This document shows, piece after piece, positions 1 through 44,115 of a stretch of 64,000 bases of DNA. The stretch is from the human T2T-CHM13v2.0 reference genome, Homo sapiens: NCBI RefSeq assembly GCF_009914755.1, contig NC_060925.1. The stretch is one strand, 5' to 3'. The first letter of the stretch is position 1, and each line of letters opens with the position of its first letter. Both the position numbers and the translations under genes were made by a program. The notes under the pieces are model-generated. The model saw nothing but the letters and a program-made list of their open reading frames with translations, ran no database searches and was not told where the DNA came from.

Positions 1-250
1 CCATTATAGTAGGGAGACTGAATCTTCAAAGTTACAGGGTGAATCAATGATAATGATCTTTGCAGCTTTCTGGAGTTAAAAAGTATCAAAATTGGGAGAT
101 ATTAGATGATGACATCTAAGTATTAAAATAAGGAGATATTAAATGATGACTCCTAGAAATGAACCTGAATAAGGACTACCGCAATGTGTGTGGTGTGGGA
201 AAGGACAGTTCTTTTAATGGCTGGCTGACCCAGCCTCAATTTTCTTGCAG

Positions 251-352
251 CTTCGCCGACACGAGGTGACCATCTGCAATTACGAAGCATCTGCCAACCC
301 AGCAGACCATAGGGTCCATCAGGTTACCCCACAGACACACTTTATTTCCTAA
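251..352 (+). CDS. PITHD1: PITH domain-containing protein 1, last coding exon (gene 5' part is outside the window)
   Basis: After the acceptor tttcttgcag (241-250) it reads LRRHEVTICNYEASANPADHRVHQVTPQTHFIS-TAA (350-352), which I recognise as the PITHD1 C-terminus. The position upstream of LYPLA2 fits known gene order. Confidence 0.9.
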   Translation, partial: LRRHEVTICNYEASANPADHRVHQVTPQTHFIS

Positions 353-1207
353 GGGCTGGCCAAGGCTCCCATAGAGGCGCTGTGTCAGTGAAGATGTACG
401 ACTACCTGTTGGGAAGGACAAAGGGATGAGGCTCCAGAGAGAGTTGGCTGCCACAGCCTCTGCCAAGCTTTGTCTTTGGGGCTTGCTGCAGAAACCTGGC
501 CTACGGAAGATACGACACCACTGGGAGGGTTGTGTAGGTGCCAGGGGACCATCGTGGTTCTCTAGGGCGCTGTGGAAATTGGGTCTTGGGCTGGGTGGCA
601 TCTGGCAGTCATGGATAACACTTGCTTTTCCAGTTAATGTGGCCATGTGATTCCAAGTGTCATGTTGCTTTGTGGCAAGATTGTTGTGTGACTTGTTTTT
701 TTGTTTTTGTTTTTGTTTTTTTAAAGGAAACTATTTGTGGGCTATAGGAAACTTTCTGATGCCTCCGGATTGTGTTAGTAGTAGCCATCAGGAGGGTCTC
801 CAACTAAAACACTTGTTCCTGCTTGCTCCTTTCCCCTCTCATTGTTCAGCATTCTTGTCAAGTTGCCCAGCTTGGAGTTGTCTGTCACGCACATGTGTCC
901 TGTGGTTATAGCTAGAAGGACAGGAGTCTCCTGCTGATGCGTGATAGCTTAAGCTTGGGGAGAAGGTCTTTTCCACTGCCTAGCTAAGCAGTCTGGGGAG
1001 AGCATGGGGATCATTTCTATGTGTGTGGGTAATCTGGTCAGTAAGATTGAGACTTAGTTAAGATTCCCCTTGGAAATTCCTTAATGTTTATTAGCTTCTA
1101 ACTAGTGTTGTAAGTCCGATGCCAGAATTTGGAGATTTGAGTTCTTCTTTTCATGGCTTTTATTCACTGTGACTAATAAGCTTCCTAATAAATCCTTGCC
1201 AGACTTA
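353..1207 (+). other. PITHD1: PITHD1 3'UTR with poly(A) signal
   Basis: AATAAA at 1187-1192 followed by a T/GT-rich downstream element; the 3' end is approximate. Confidence 0.7.
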
Positions 1208-1314
1208 ATGTTTGTATTTTCTTTTGAGTTCTTGATAGCCACTGATGCAACTTTCATTTCATGGGGAACTGTACTGAACTTTGAAATTTTTTGTTGTTGT
1301 TTTGGACTAGGTAG

Positions 1315-1906
<592 letters not shown>

Positions 1907-2860
1907 TCAAAACAACAACAACAAAACCCTATATTTCATTTTGCACAAAAGGAAGTGATTTGTAGAATGACATTTACAAAAATAAGGGAGAACAGATTTT
2001 GGAGCTCATCAGAAGAAATGAGGGTGAGGAAAGTAATTGAGCAGCTCATGTGGTCTCCAGGTAGACCAAAGACTTTGGACTTAAATTTTGAAAGTCAGTT
2101 TAGCAATTGAAGAGAATGTAAGTATCTAAAAAGGGGATTTGATATGGTCAGTATTCTCTCCCTTGCAGAAAACAGGAACAGGTAATAAAGGGAATTAGTG
2201 TTGAATCTGATCCTTTTGGGAGAATTCCTCTGAGGCATTGGCCCATGCTGTTGTTTGGAGGATATAGCCACTGTTTCTCCAGCCTGTCCTAGGAAAGGTC
2301 TGCTACCACCAAACCTTGTTGGCCCTCAAAATTTCTAAAATGCAGCCTGAAATAAACCAGAATGCAAATGCTGTTCTTGAAAAGCATGAAGGGTCCTATT
2401 CACTCAGCCACAGCCTCTTTATTTCAGTTGGATCATTTTTTGGAGTTAAAAGAAGGGCTATGTTTAAATTTGGAGTAGGGGGAAAAATAAAGTTAAAAAT
2501 CTTAGAGCAGACTAGCCCTTCACTAATTCCACTAATTAAAGCATTAATCACAGCTCCTGGGACTGAGCCTCTGAATTTGAAGCTTCACTCTGAAGAATTT
2601 GTTTTAAGTGTCATGGTGTCTCAGGTGATCGAGGTTGCAGGAGGAACTGTTCATTCTTCCATAAGTGGGGACATTACCCTCCATTTTCTTTTGACATTCA
2701 GTCCTGGGTCCTTGGCTTGTGGTGGTCCCATAGGCTCAAAGGTTTCCTGCCCCGAATCCTGGTATTGTAGGCTCCCTGACCTGTTGAGTACTTAGGACCA
2801 AAGTGCCTCTGGGCCTGGGGGAAAGTGCTTTGTTGAGCTTCCAACTTTGTACTGTTTTCT

Positions 2861-2861
<1 letters not shown>

Positions 2862-2893
<32 letters not shown>

Positions 2894-3179
2894 TTTGAGA
2901 CAGAGTCTCGCTTTGTTGCCCAGGCTGGAGTGTAGTGGCACTATCTTGGCTCACTGCAAGCTCCGCCTCCCGGGTTCACGCCATTCTCCTGCCTCAGCCT
3001 CCCCCCGAGTAGCTAGGACTACAGGCGCCCGCCACAGCGCCAGGCTAATTTTTTGTATTTTTAGTAGAGACAGGGTTTCACCGTGTTAGCCAGGATGGTC
3101 TCGATCTCCTGACCTCGTGATCCGCCCGCCTCAGCCTCCCAAAGTGCTGGGATTACAGGAGTGAGCCACCGCGCCTGGC
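2862..3179 (-). mobile_element. Full-length Alu (AluY-like)
   Basis: Reverse Alu consensus with poly(T); TSD tgtactgttttct. Confidence 0.9.
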
Positions 3180-3979
3180 TGTACTGTTTTCTTTCTGTTC
3201 AAAGAAAACACTAGTATAGGTTAGGCTGGGAGAGTGAGTCCTAAGCGGCTGAGGGTCAAGTGTGACTCATTTCCTATTTGCAGATCCCCACACATTCTCA
3301 GGGACATGCTCCTTCAACTCAGTTTGCCTGCCTTCTGACTTTTCTGTGGTCCCTGATACCTATTTCCACTTCAGCTTGATGGCAGCGTTTTGTGCACTGT
3401 CTGCATGACATTGCTTGTGAAGGGCAGCGCTAACACTGCCAGTGCCTGTCCAGCTCTCCTGATACGGCCTTTGTATTTTTCCTAGGTCCTTTTTTGCGTG
3501 ATTAACACCTCACGCTGTGATTTTACTGTATAAACCATGTTCACACAACCTCATTTAAGCCTACCAACAAAGCTGTGAAGGAGGCAGGGTGGTTATTACC
3601 ATTTTATATATCAGGAAGCAGATCCAGAGAGGCAGAATTTAAATGGAATCCCGAGGTTGCTGTTTACATGCCTTCCTTGAGCCTCAGTTTCCCCATCTTC
3701 AAGGCTGGAGAACTAGATGATCTGTAAGGTCTCTTCGGTTCAGAGTGTGTCATTCCATTCATGATCCTGGAATAGGGCATGAAAGCCAGTGGCAGACACC
3801 CGAGGCCTTAAGAGGTGTGTCCCATGAGGATGGGAAGGTGGTAAAGTTTATGCAAACAATAGTGTGAGGGATGCCTCTCCTTCCGGTCGGCCCTCCTCCA
3901 GGAGGCGCATGGGTGGTGGTAGCAAGTGGGAGTCTTGGGTGCCCTGTCTCGAATCTACAAGGTGGGAGCGGGTGAGAAC

Positions 3980-4310
3980 CCAGCGACTGCGCGGCTGAAT
4001 GACAGGGAGTAGCCCCGCCGCCTCCAACATGGCAGCTTCTATCCAGCGAAGCCGGGTCCCCGCTTCCGGGTTCCGTACTGTCGGCCAGGCTACTTCCGGC
4101 AGCGCGATGGCTGGGTTCCCGGGACTCGAACGGAAGTTCCGGCGGGGGCGGCCGAGGGGGAAGAGTGTGTCTGCGGGAGAAAGAGGAGAATCGCCCAAGC
4201 GGCCTCGGAAGTCCCAGGGAGTGGAGGTACCCAGCCGGCGGCTGCGGAGGATGGGCGTGTAGGGGGAGGTCGGCCTCGGGAGGGTCCCGGAGAGCGGGGA
4301 GGGGGAACCG
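3980..4310 (+). promoter_or_regulatory. LYPLA2: LYPLA2 CpG-island promoter and non-coding exon 1 (donor after ~4226)
   Basis: CpG-dense; several ETS/GABP-type CCGGAAG/CTTCCGG motifs (~4062, ~4092, ~4131); YY1-like CAACATGGC (~4025); GC box; donor GAG|GTACC at 4226/4227. Confidence 0.75.
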
Positions 4311-5555
4311 TGATGGGGGGAATGGGGGTGGGGAGTGAGGTGCGAAGGCGCTGTCCAGTCTTGGGGACTTCGGGAGTGGAGCGGGGCTAGGCAAGGGGGT
4401 GTCTGAGTATAAAGAGACAGACTTCAGGGTCGGAAATAGAAGAGCCCATTGTGGGGCGGGGGCTTCCCCAGAGTCAAAGGTACAAAGCTTTATTGTGGGC
4501 AGGTGGGAGTCCTGGGTCAGGGTAGAAAATTTCACTGGGTAGGGTGACCTTTGGTCAGAACAGAAGTTCCCATTGTGGGGAGCGGGAGATCCTGGGTCAG
4601 GGTGGAAGTTCTCAAGGTGTATAGAGAGAGACAGGTCAGGGGGAAGGCACCCCTCCGAGGAGGGAGCCTGGGCGGGAGGTGCAAGTCCCCACGGTGGAGA
4701 AGGAAGGGAATCGCAGCTCAGGGCAGGAGGTGCATTCCCCATGGGAAGAGGAACCCCGGGTCACAGGTGAACGATCCCATTGTGGGGAGCTGCCCTCAGG
4801 GGTCAGAGATGGAAGGTGAGGCCAGTTGGGAGGGGTGGGCAGGCACTTGAGGCAGGTAGTGGAAGCTTCCGGCGAGTTTGGAGGACGCCGAGGATGGGGA
4901 GGGGCCAGCCAGCCTGACATTCTTTTGTGTGTTTGGGAGTCCCAGAGCGTGGTCAAGCCAGGGCTCGTTTGCAGTCAGTGGCAGCAGCAGCAGGTAGCTC
5001 CGTTTAGGGGGGCGTGGAGCACCAGTTTGGGGGTGGGTGGAGTTCTTACGCTTTCTGGGGACATGGGCAGCCCCCTGGGGGTCTGGGAATGGATGGGCCA
5101 GAAACTGCTGTGAAGGCTGGATGGGGGCTGGGTGGGGGGAGGTTGAGATGGGGGTTGGAGGCGGCACTGAGTAGGGGATGGAAGCTCCTTTCCCTGGCAC
5201 TTTTCTCTCCATTTCCCATAGGGCCCGGAGTTGGGGAGGCAGGGACCCAGGGATGATTGGAGAGGAGGGGGAAGGCACTCACCCCTGAGGAGTTAGAGGG
5301 GGAATGAAGCAGGCGTGCCGCTGCCTCCCCTCTGCCCCCTGCCCTACAGTCCCTATGCCCTGCCTCTGCCTGTCTCCAGCAAGCTCAGGTCCTGTGGTTG
5401 GGCCAGAACCAGAGACACATGTTCTGGGCCACTAGGGAGGCTGTCTCTGCCTTTCAGCCCTGGAACTGAGGCAGACTTCTTCTCCTGTGCCCTGGGACTT
5501 CTTGCTTGACTATTCTTTGTGCCCAGGACAGAACCTGGGTGCTGTGTGGGGCTGA

Positions 5556-7707
<2,152 letters not shown>

Positions 7708-8492
7708 CTAGTCGCTGGCCCCAGTGCAGTACCCCAGCTCATGGGGGACTCAGCAAGCAAGCGTGGCACCATCTTGGATCTGAGCCGGTCGAGCCCCTGT
7801 CCCCACCCTTCCTGACCTGTCCTTTTCCCACAGGCCTCTGGGGGCAGGTGGCAAGGCCTGGCCGGGCCTTCCTTCCTGGCCTTAGCCACCTGGCTCTGTC
7901 TGCAGCAGGGGCAGGCTGCTTTCTTATCCATTTCCCTGGAGGCGGGCCCCCCTGGCAGCAGTATTGGAGGGGCTACAGGCAGCTGGAGAAAGGGGCCCAG
8001 CCGCTGACCCACTCACTCAGGACCTCACTCACTAGCCCCGCTTTGGGCCCCCTCCTGTGACCTCAGGGTTTGGCCCATGGGGCCCTCCCAGGCCCCTGCC
8101 CCAACTGATTCTGCCCAGATAATCGTGTCTCCTGCCTCCACTCAGCTGCTTCTCAGTCATGAATGTGGCCATGGCCCCGGGGTCCCCTTGCTGCTGTGGG
8201 CTCCCTGTCCCTGGGCAGGAGTGCTGGTGAGGAGGTGGAGCCTTTTGAGGGGGGCCTTCCCTCAGCTGTTTCCCCACACTGGGGGGCTGGGCCCTGCCTC
8301 CCCGTTACCCTCCTTCCCTGCAGGCCTGGAGCCTGTAGGGCTGGACTGAGGTTCAGGTCTCCCCCCAGCTGTCTCACCCCCACTTTGTCCCCACTCTAGA
8401 GCAGGGAGGCAGTGGGGGAGGAGTTGTGTCTCGTCTTCTGTCTCCATGTGGTTTTTGGGTGTTTTTCTTGTTGTGTCCTGGATTCCGATAAA

Positions 8493-8498
8493 ATTAAA
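8493..8498 (+). terminator. LYPLA2: LYPLA2 poly(A) signal
   Basis: ATTAAA at the end of an ~0.8 kb GC-rich 3'UTR. Confidence 0.7.
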
Positions 8499-8594
8499 GA
8501 AATTGCTTCCTCAACGCTCAGGCCTGGCTGATTCTATTCCAGGGGTGGATAGTGACCATCTGTGAGAACCTGCCCCAGTGTAAGAAAACTTGTT

Positions 8595-8600
8595 TTTATT
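8595..8600 (-). terminator. GALE: GALE poly(A) signal
   Basis: TTTATT on + (AATAAA on -), ~325 nt past the GALE stop. Confidence 0.75.
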
Positions 8601-8923
8601 TTTAAATACTTTGGAAAGCTCTTTCAGAGCAATATAAATGAGTGCCTGGGAGGAGGAGGTTTTGTGCCAGAGCCTTGCCCCCTCACTCACTCTTGGGGGT
8701 CCTGATGAACTCTTGGACCCTGTGGAAGATAAGAGTTAGAGACCTCGGCCTCCTGGTCAGTGGAGCCCTTGGCCTCATGCCTGGTGGGCTAAGCGGGCCC
8801 AGCTGGGGTTTGAGGTAGGGGAGGCCTTGGCTTGGCCCCAGCAGCTCCAGGGCCCTGAGTTCCTGCCAGAGGCTGGAGAGCAGGCAGCTGCTGCTTTTCC
8901 TGGTCCTTGGTAGGGGAGGGTCC

Positions 8924-12063
<3,140 letters not shown>

Positions 12064-12340
12064 CTAAGCTCGCTTTGGAAGGAGGCGGCAGTGTGCCCTA
12101 GGTACCAGACTGGCTCAGAAGTCAGCCCTGGGGCAAGTCTGGGTACCATCACTTTCTGGCCTTAGGCTTTGGAAATTAATTAGCCTCTTGGCCTCAGTTT
12201 CTATCTCTGTAAAACAGAGCTAATAATTGTATAAACTTCATGAGGCAGCGTGAGGGTTCAGTGAGGTGATCTTAAGGGCCCGCCACAGCAGAGCTGGGGA
12301 GACCTGACACACAGGCACCTTATTTTCTAGTTCCACTTGC

Positions 12341-12411
12341 CTTGGAGTTGGAAAAGATGGAATCTGAGGATCCACACTTCTTTGTCCAAGGTGACTGAGG
12401 ACTGGAGAGTC
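12341..12411 (-). other. GALE: GALE non-coding 5'UTR exon with probable GC donor
   Basis: Minus-strand acceptor ttccttctgcccag|GACTCT and donor CCAAG|GCAAGT. This matches my recollection of the GALE mRNA leader (...ccaactccaag-gtgccATG). Confidence 0.7.
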
Positions 12412-13149
12412 CTGGGCAGAAGGAAAATGGCAGCACGATTGGGACTCCAGGGTCGCAGGAAGGGGTTCTGTCTGCTCAGACCCAGGCTTGTCCAATGCCT
12501 CCGCCTTCGCTAGGTGTAAACTGGCTCCTGGGCGCAGTGACTAATACCTCCTGCTCTAGGCGGCCCCCACCCCCTTTCCCTCAAGGGTCAGCTGGGAGGA
12601 AGCAGGAAATAGATCACATGGCCTCAAGGGTGAGGTCCTTTGCCAGGCAGGCTGAGGCCAGCTCAGGGGCAACCACACCGTGGTTGGTCCTGGAGGGGGC
12701 CCCACCCCAACCCCCGCTCAGCCTCTGCCCATGCCAGGGCCAGCCCGGTCACTCCTGGCTCAGAGTTAGGAATCCCGCCCAACTTAGGCTACTCTGGGTG
12801 GGCCGTGTAGACGTGGACTTGGCCAGGTGCGCACCTCCACCCTGAACAAACTCTGCGGGTAGTACGGGGAGGAAGCCCCAGACACTGAGGCCTTTCATTC
12901 CCAGCGACCGGGCCCGCTGCCGCCTTCCTCCACGCTGCCTCTATCCCCTTCTGGGCTCACGCAGCTCCAACCCACTTGACCAAGAGCCCTCTGCGTGCCA
13001 GGCTCCGTACCAGGCACTTTTGCATGATTTTCCTGAATTCCCCCAGCATCTCGGTGAGACAGGTGTTATCACTGGCACTTTACAGATACAGATACTAGGG
13101 CCAGAGAGGTGAAACAGTTGCCCTTCGGTCCCACAGCTGGCGACAGCGG

Positions 13150-14560
13150 GCTGGAATCTGGATCGCCAGGCTCGCAGCCCGGCCCTCTCCCCAGGCGGCT
13201 CGCCCTTCCCCCACCGCTGCCCGCTGGACTCTGCCCGCCGCGCCGAAGCCGCCCCCGCCCCCGCCCCGCGCCTGGCGCGGACCCCGAAAGTGGTCGCAGA
13301 GAGGCCCTGGGAAGCACGAAAGCTGGTCTGAGGCCGGCTGCGCCCCCGACAGCGGAGTGACCTTGCTCAGCCGTCGCCCACTCGGTTTTCCCAGTCTGTC
13401 TGTTGGAGGGAAGGGGAGCTAGGCCGTGGGCATACGAGGGCGGCTGGGTCTCAGGCTGGGCTTTGGGCTGTAGCGCGGAGCGGGGCCGAGCTAGGAGTCC
13501 TCAGGCCGGCAATGAATGAACCCCGGCCGCCCCAGCCCGGGCAGCGGGGAACTGGGACAAAGGGGGCGGGCCTGCCCTGGAGGGACGCTGCCAGGAACAC
13601 GACCCGCCCCTCGGAAACTCCCTCGCTCCCCGCGGACTCCCCGGCCCCTCGCGAGCCCACCCGGCCCTTCATTCCGTCTCCCGAACCTGCTCGGGTTCCC
13701 GCGCCCCACGCTTGCTGCAGAGGCACCGCCTCCTACGCCCGAGCCGCGGGCCCTTTAAGTGCTGACGGCCCACTCCGGCCCCGACCCCGCCCCTCCACGC
13801 CCCCAAGGAAACATGTCACTCGGGTTACGGCCACTACGGGGAGGGCGGGAGGACAAAAGGCCTCCGCGCTGTGACGAAGACTGCGCAGCGCGCGCCCGCG
13901 GAAGGCGGAAGTGGGCGGTGCCACCCCGCGAGAGGCGCCGCCGGCGCCAGGTCCCAGTAGCGGGTGGGTCCTTGCCGGTGCCCCGGGTCCCCGCGCTAGC
14001 TCGTCCCAACCCCTGGAAGAGGGCTGCGCTTCCGAGGGGGCAGGGGGCAGAGGGTAGGGGGCCCACGCCTCCGCCCCACTCTGACCCGCAGGTTTTCAGA
14101 CTTGCCGGTGTGTGCCAAACCATGAATTCAAAATCTTGAACTACCCGATCCCACGGGACTAAGGCAGGAGGGGGTCGCAGGGGGCCTGGTGCTGGAAGTC
14201 CAGTTTGCAAATAAACCAAGGAGCTGGAGGAAGCTGTCAGGCCACACTAGCGGTTCCAGCGCTCTTGGCTCTCAGCCCCCACCTGCCGGGAAGGGTCGGT
14301 CTGCACTCTGCCTTCCACGACGGCAGGTTAGAAAATGATTGTTTGTTTCCAATGAAAAGTAGTAGAGCTAGAGAATAATATGCACAAAATGTGACATCCT
14401 GCGTGATGAAACCAGAGCAAAGGAGCCCTAAATGCAGGAGCGCACAGGTGTCCGCGCAGCCGGGAATCAGCCAGCGCCTGCCCGCAGAGTCCAGGGAACC
14501 GACAGGTGAGCGCTCCCGGGCCCGGGAGCGCCAGGGAGAGGCCGGGCCACCGAGGCCCAA
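13150..14560 (-). promoter_or_regulatory. GALE: GALE CpG-island promoter with non-coding exon 1 (~13687-13740)
   Basis: CpG-dense; GC boxes; ETS-like CGGAAGTG (~13906); TATA-like CTTAAAG on - (~13753-13759); donor CAG|GTTCGG at 13687/13686. Confidence 0.75.
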
Positions 14561-14879
14561 AGCAGCAAGTGTGTCCTCAGGGGAGCTTGTGCAATAGCCC
14601 CAGTCACAGAGGCAAAGCTCAGAAACAACCCCGTCGGGTGTTCTGGCCAGCAACTGCCGCAAGCAGCCTCCTGAGTAAGCCCAAAACCACTGATTTCCAG
14701 TCACTATGGATTTGGGGCTCAGGTGGGGAAACAGGGAGGAAATCCAAAGATTAATAAACTAGTTCATAGTCTCCATTTTCCTCTCAGAGTGCAACATGGT
14801 AAAGTATTTTACTCCCCCACGCGCATGTATACACACAGCTGCACAACCGAATGCTGGAATTATGATGTGCCATTCAACC

Positions 14880-14885
14880 TTTAAT
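14880..14885 (-). terminator. HMGCL: HMGCL poly(A) signal
   Basis: TTTAAT on + (ATTAAA on -), ~550 nt downstream of the stop. Confidence 0.6.
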
Positions 14886-15437
14886 TACATAAGCTGTTTT
14901 CAAAAATCACATTCAGCGTGGAGATTTTCCAGAGATGCTGGAGTTGGCAGATGGCCACCACGTAGCTCTCCACTTTCCACAAATGGCCTCTGCCAGCTTG
15001 GGAAGAACCTCCATGACCTGTGTCCTGAGAAGTCAGAGAGCAAGGGCCCCACGGCCATGGCAGGGTGGAGCCGTGTAGAGGGTGGCCAGGTGGCCAGCTC
15101 GCGGATTCCATCCAGAGAGGAGACTCAAGGATCATGCTAAGTAGGGAACGGGGTTCCCACACGTCCTCAGGCATTCAACTCCTGGGCCAGGGTCCGTAAC
15201 AAAGGGAGACTTCAGCCCTCAAAGCCTCTCACTCCTCAGGTCTGGGCAGGAGGTCCTTCTGCCAAGCAGCTCCTCCTGCCCTTCGCCTGCTTTCTGCCAG
15301 GAGAGACCTCTGTGTAGAGCTGGCTATGAGGTACCTGCACCATTTAACCTATTCTCATTTCCATGTCCCCATCCATGAATCATCTGTGTGTGCCCCTATT
15401 TCCACATCATCCCCAGGGCTTCAGGTGGGCAAGGGGC

Positions 15438-38389
<22,952 letters not shown>

Positions 38390-38588
38390 CTTGGCCCAGA
38401 ATCCCCCGCGGCAGTCCAGCTGGGCCCCGCGTGACCGATGGCTCGTCTGGTGGGCGCGGCCCCGCCCCCGCCCCTCCGCCGTGACTTCCGAAGCTGGCTC
38501 CACCCCCAGCCTCTCTCCGTTTTGATTCCGAGCGCCTCTTCCATGCCAGGCCAAGTGAGACGCTAGGAATATAAAGATGAACAGAATC

Positions 38589-40575
<1,987 letters not shown>

Positions 40576-41336
40576 ATAATAAATAAGAAAAATATTAGAA
40601 TACAATGTATAAAAGTAGTAAAGCCAAGTACTGCTTTGCAAAACTTTTGTTCATTATATATATCAACAAGGTTGCAATGTAAAATAAATTTCTTACTGTG
40701 GGCTGCACTTGGAATTGTTTGAAAACACCTTTTTAGCAAGATGAAAAGAAGGCTGGAATGATTGGAGAGCGGGGAGGGAGTAGGAAGGGGACTTCCTACT
40801 AAGATTGGAGAGTTTGGCAGGAACTGTCACAGGGCTTTGGTGAACACACTAATACCAGCTGTCCTAATAGCAGTGATTTTGAATGATTTAGAGTAGGGAA
40901 ATCTGATTGAATTTGCATTTTTAAATAGTCACAGGGGCTACTGGTTGGATGTTAATTGTGTGTCTGGTATTCTCAGGGAAGGCAGTGAAGGCACTTTCCT
41001 TGACTTTAAGGAGCTCAGATTTTATCTAGGGAAAAAACAAGACATGATAATTATTCTGTTAGGCTTCAGCAGCACTGGAAATTTTCTCTATCATGACACT
41101 GGGAGCATTACTCACAGAATTCTCAAACCTGTGTTAGAGGGCTGCACTCGGCCCAAACATACTGGCATGGTATTATTTAAAATATGTCTTTCAAGACTTG
41201 TACACTGAAAATTATAAACCATTGGTGAAAAAAATTAAAGAAGACATAGTGGTAGGACATCCCATGTTCATGAATTGGAAGACTTAATACTGTTTTTTAG
41301 TTTGTTTGCTTTTGCTTTGAATTTTTTAATTTTTAA

Positions 41337-41726
<390 letters not shown>

Positions 41727-42002
41727 TAATAGTGCAATCATAGCTCACTGTAGCCTCAGCCTCCTGCACTCAAGCCATCCTCCCACCTCAGCCTCCTGAG
41801 TAGCCGGGACCACTGGTGCATGCACCATCACAACCAGCTAAGTTTTAAATTTTTTGGCCGACAATGGTCTTGCCATGTTGCCCAGGCTGGTCTTGAACTC
41901 CTGGGCTCAAGTGATCTTTCTTGTTTTGGTGCCCCAAAGTGTTGAGATTAAAGATGTGAGTCCCAGCACCCAGCCAAGAAGACTTAATATTGTTAAAATG
42001 TC

Positions 42003-42862
<860 letters not shown>

Positions 42863-43071
42863 GGGCTCAGGTGACCCTCCCACCTCAGCCTCCTGAGTAG
42901 CTTTTATGTATATATAAATTTACATATATAATTTTAAATATATTAATATATAATATATATTTATAAATTATTATATAACAAATTATATAATAAATATATT
43001 ATATTTTATTTTATTTATAATTATATATTTTTATATAGTATATTTATATATAATATACTTATATATGCATA

Positions 43072-43120
<49 letters not shown>
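43072..43120. repeat. (TG)n(TA)n microsatellite in an AT-rich low-complexity block
   Basis: Direct reading. Confidence 0.9.
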
Positions 43121-43125
<5 letters not shown>

Positions 43126-43405
43126 CTCCTATTGGTTCTGTTTCTCTGGAGAACCCTGTCTAACACAATGAGCAATAATGTTGCTCATAGTAACATTATC
43201 TGTGATGGCCAAAAGGCGTACAGAACGCACATGTGCATTAACAGATAAATGGATGAACAAAATGTGCTATATTGTATACCTACAATAGTTACTCATTCTT
43301 GAAAAGATATACAATTCTGACACATGTTGCAACATGGATAAACCTTAAAAATATTCTGCTAAGCTAGACACAAAAGGGCAAATTTCATGATTCCACTTAT
43401 GTGGG

Positions 43406-44115
<710 letters not shown>

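Noticed and set aside
236-911. ORFs over the PITHD1 3' region
   Set aside because: They overlap the real PITHD1 last exon and UTR in other frames or antisense, with no recognisable product.
3759-4742. 327-aa minus-strand ORF, the longest in the ORF track
   Set aside because: Pro/Ser-rich low-complexity translation of the C-rich strand of the LYPLA2 CpG island and intron 1. It has no recognisable domain, and long ORFs arise by chance in GC-rich DNA.
14092-14505. Putative plus-strand antisense exon from the GALE promoter (cgcag| at 14091, cag|gtgag at 14505)
   Set aside because: Splice-like motifs are common in CpG islands and the branch-like CTGAC is too close to the AG. There is no support without transcript data.
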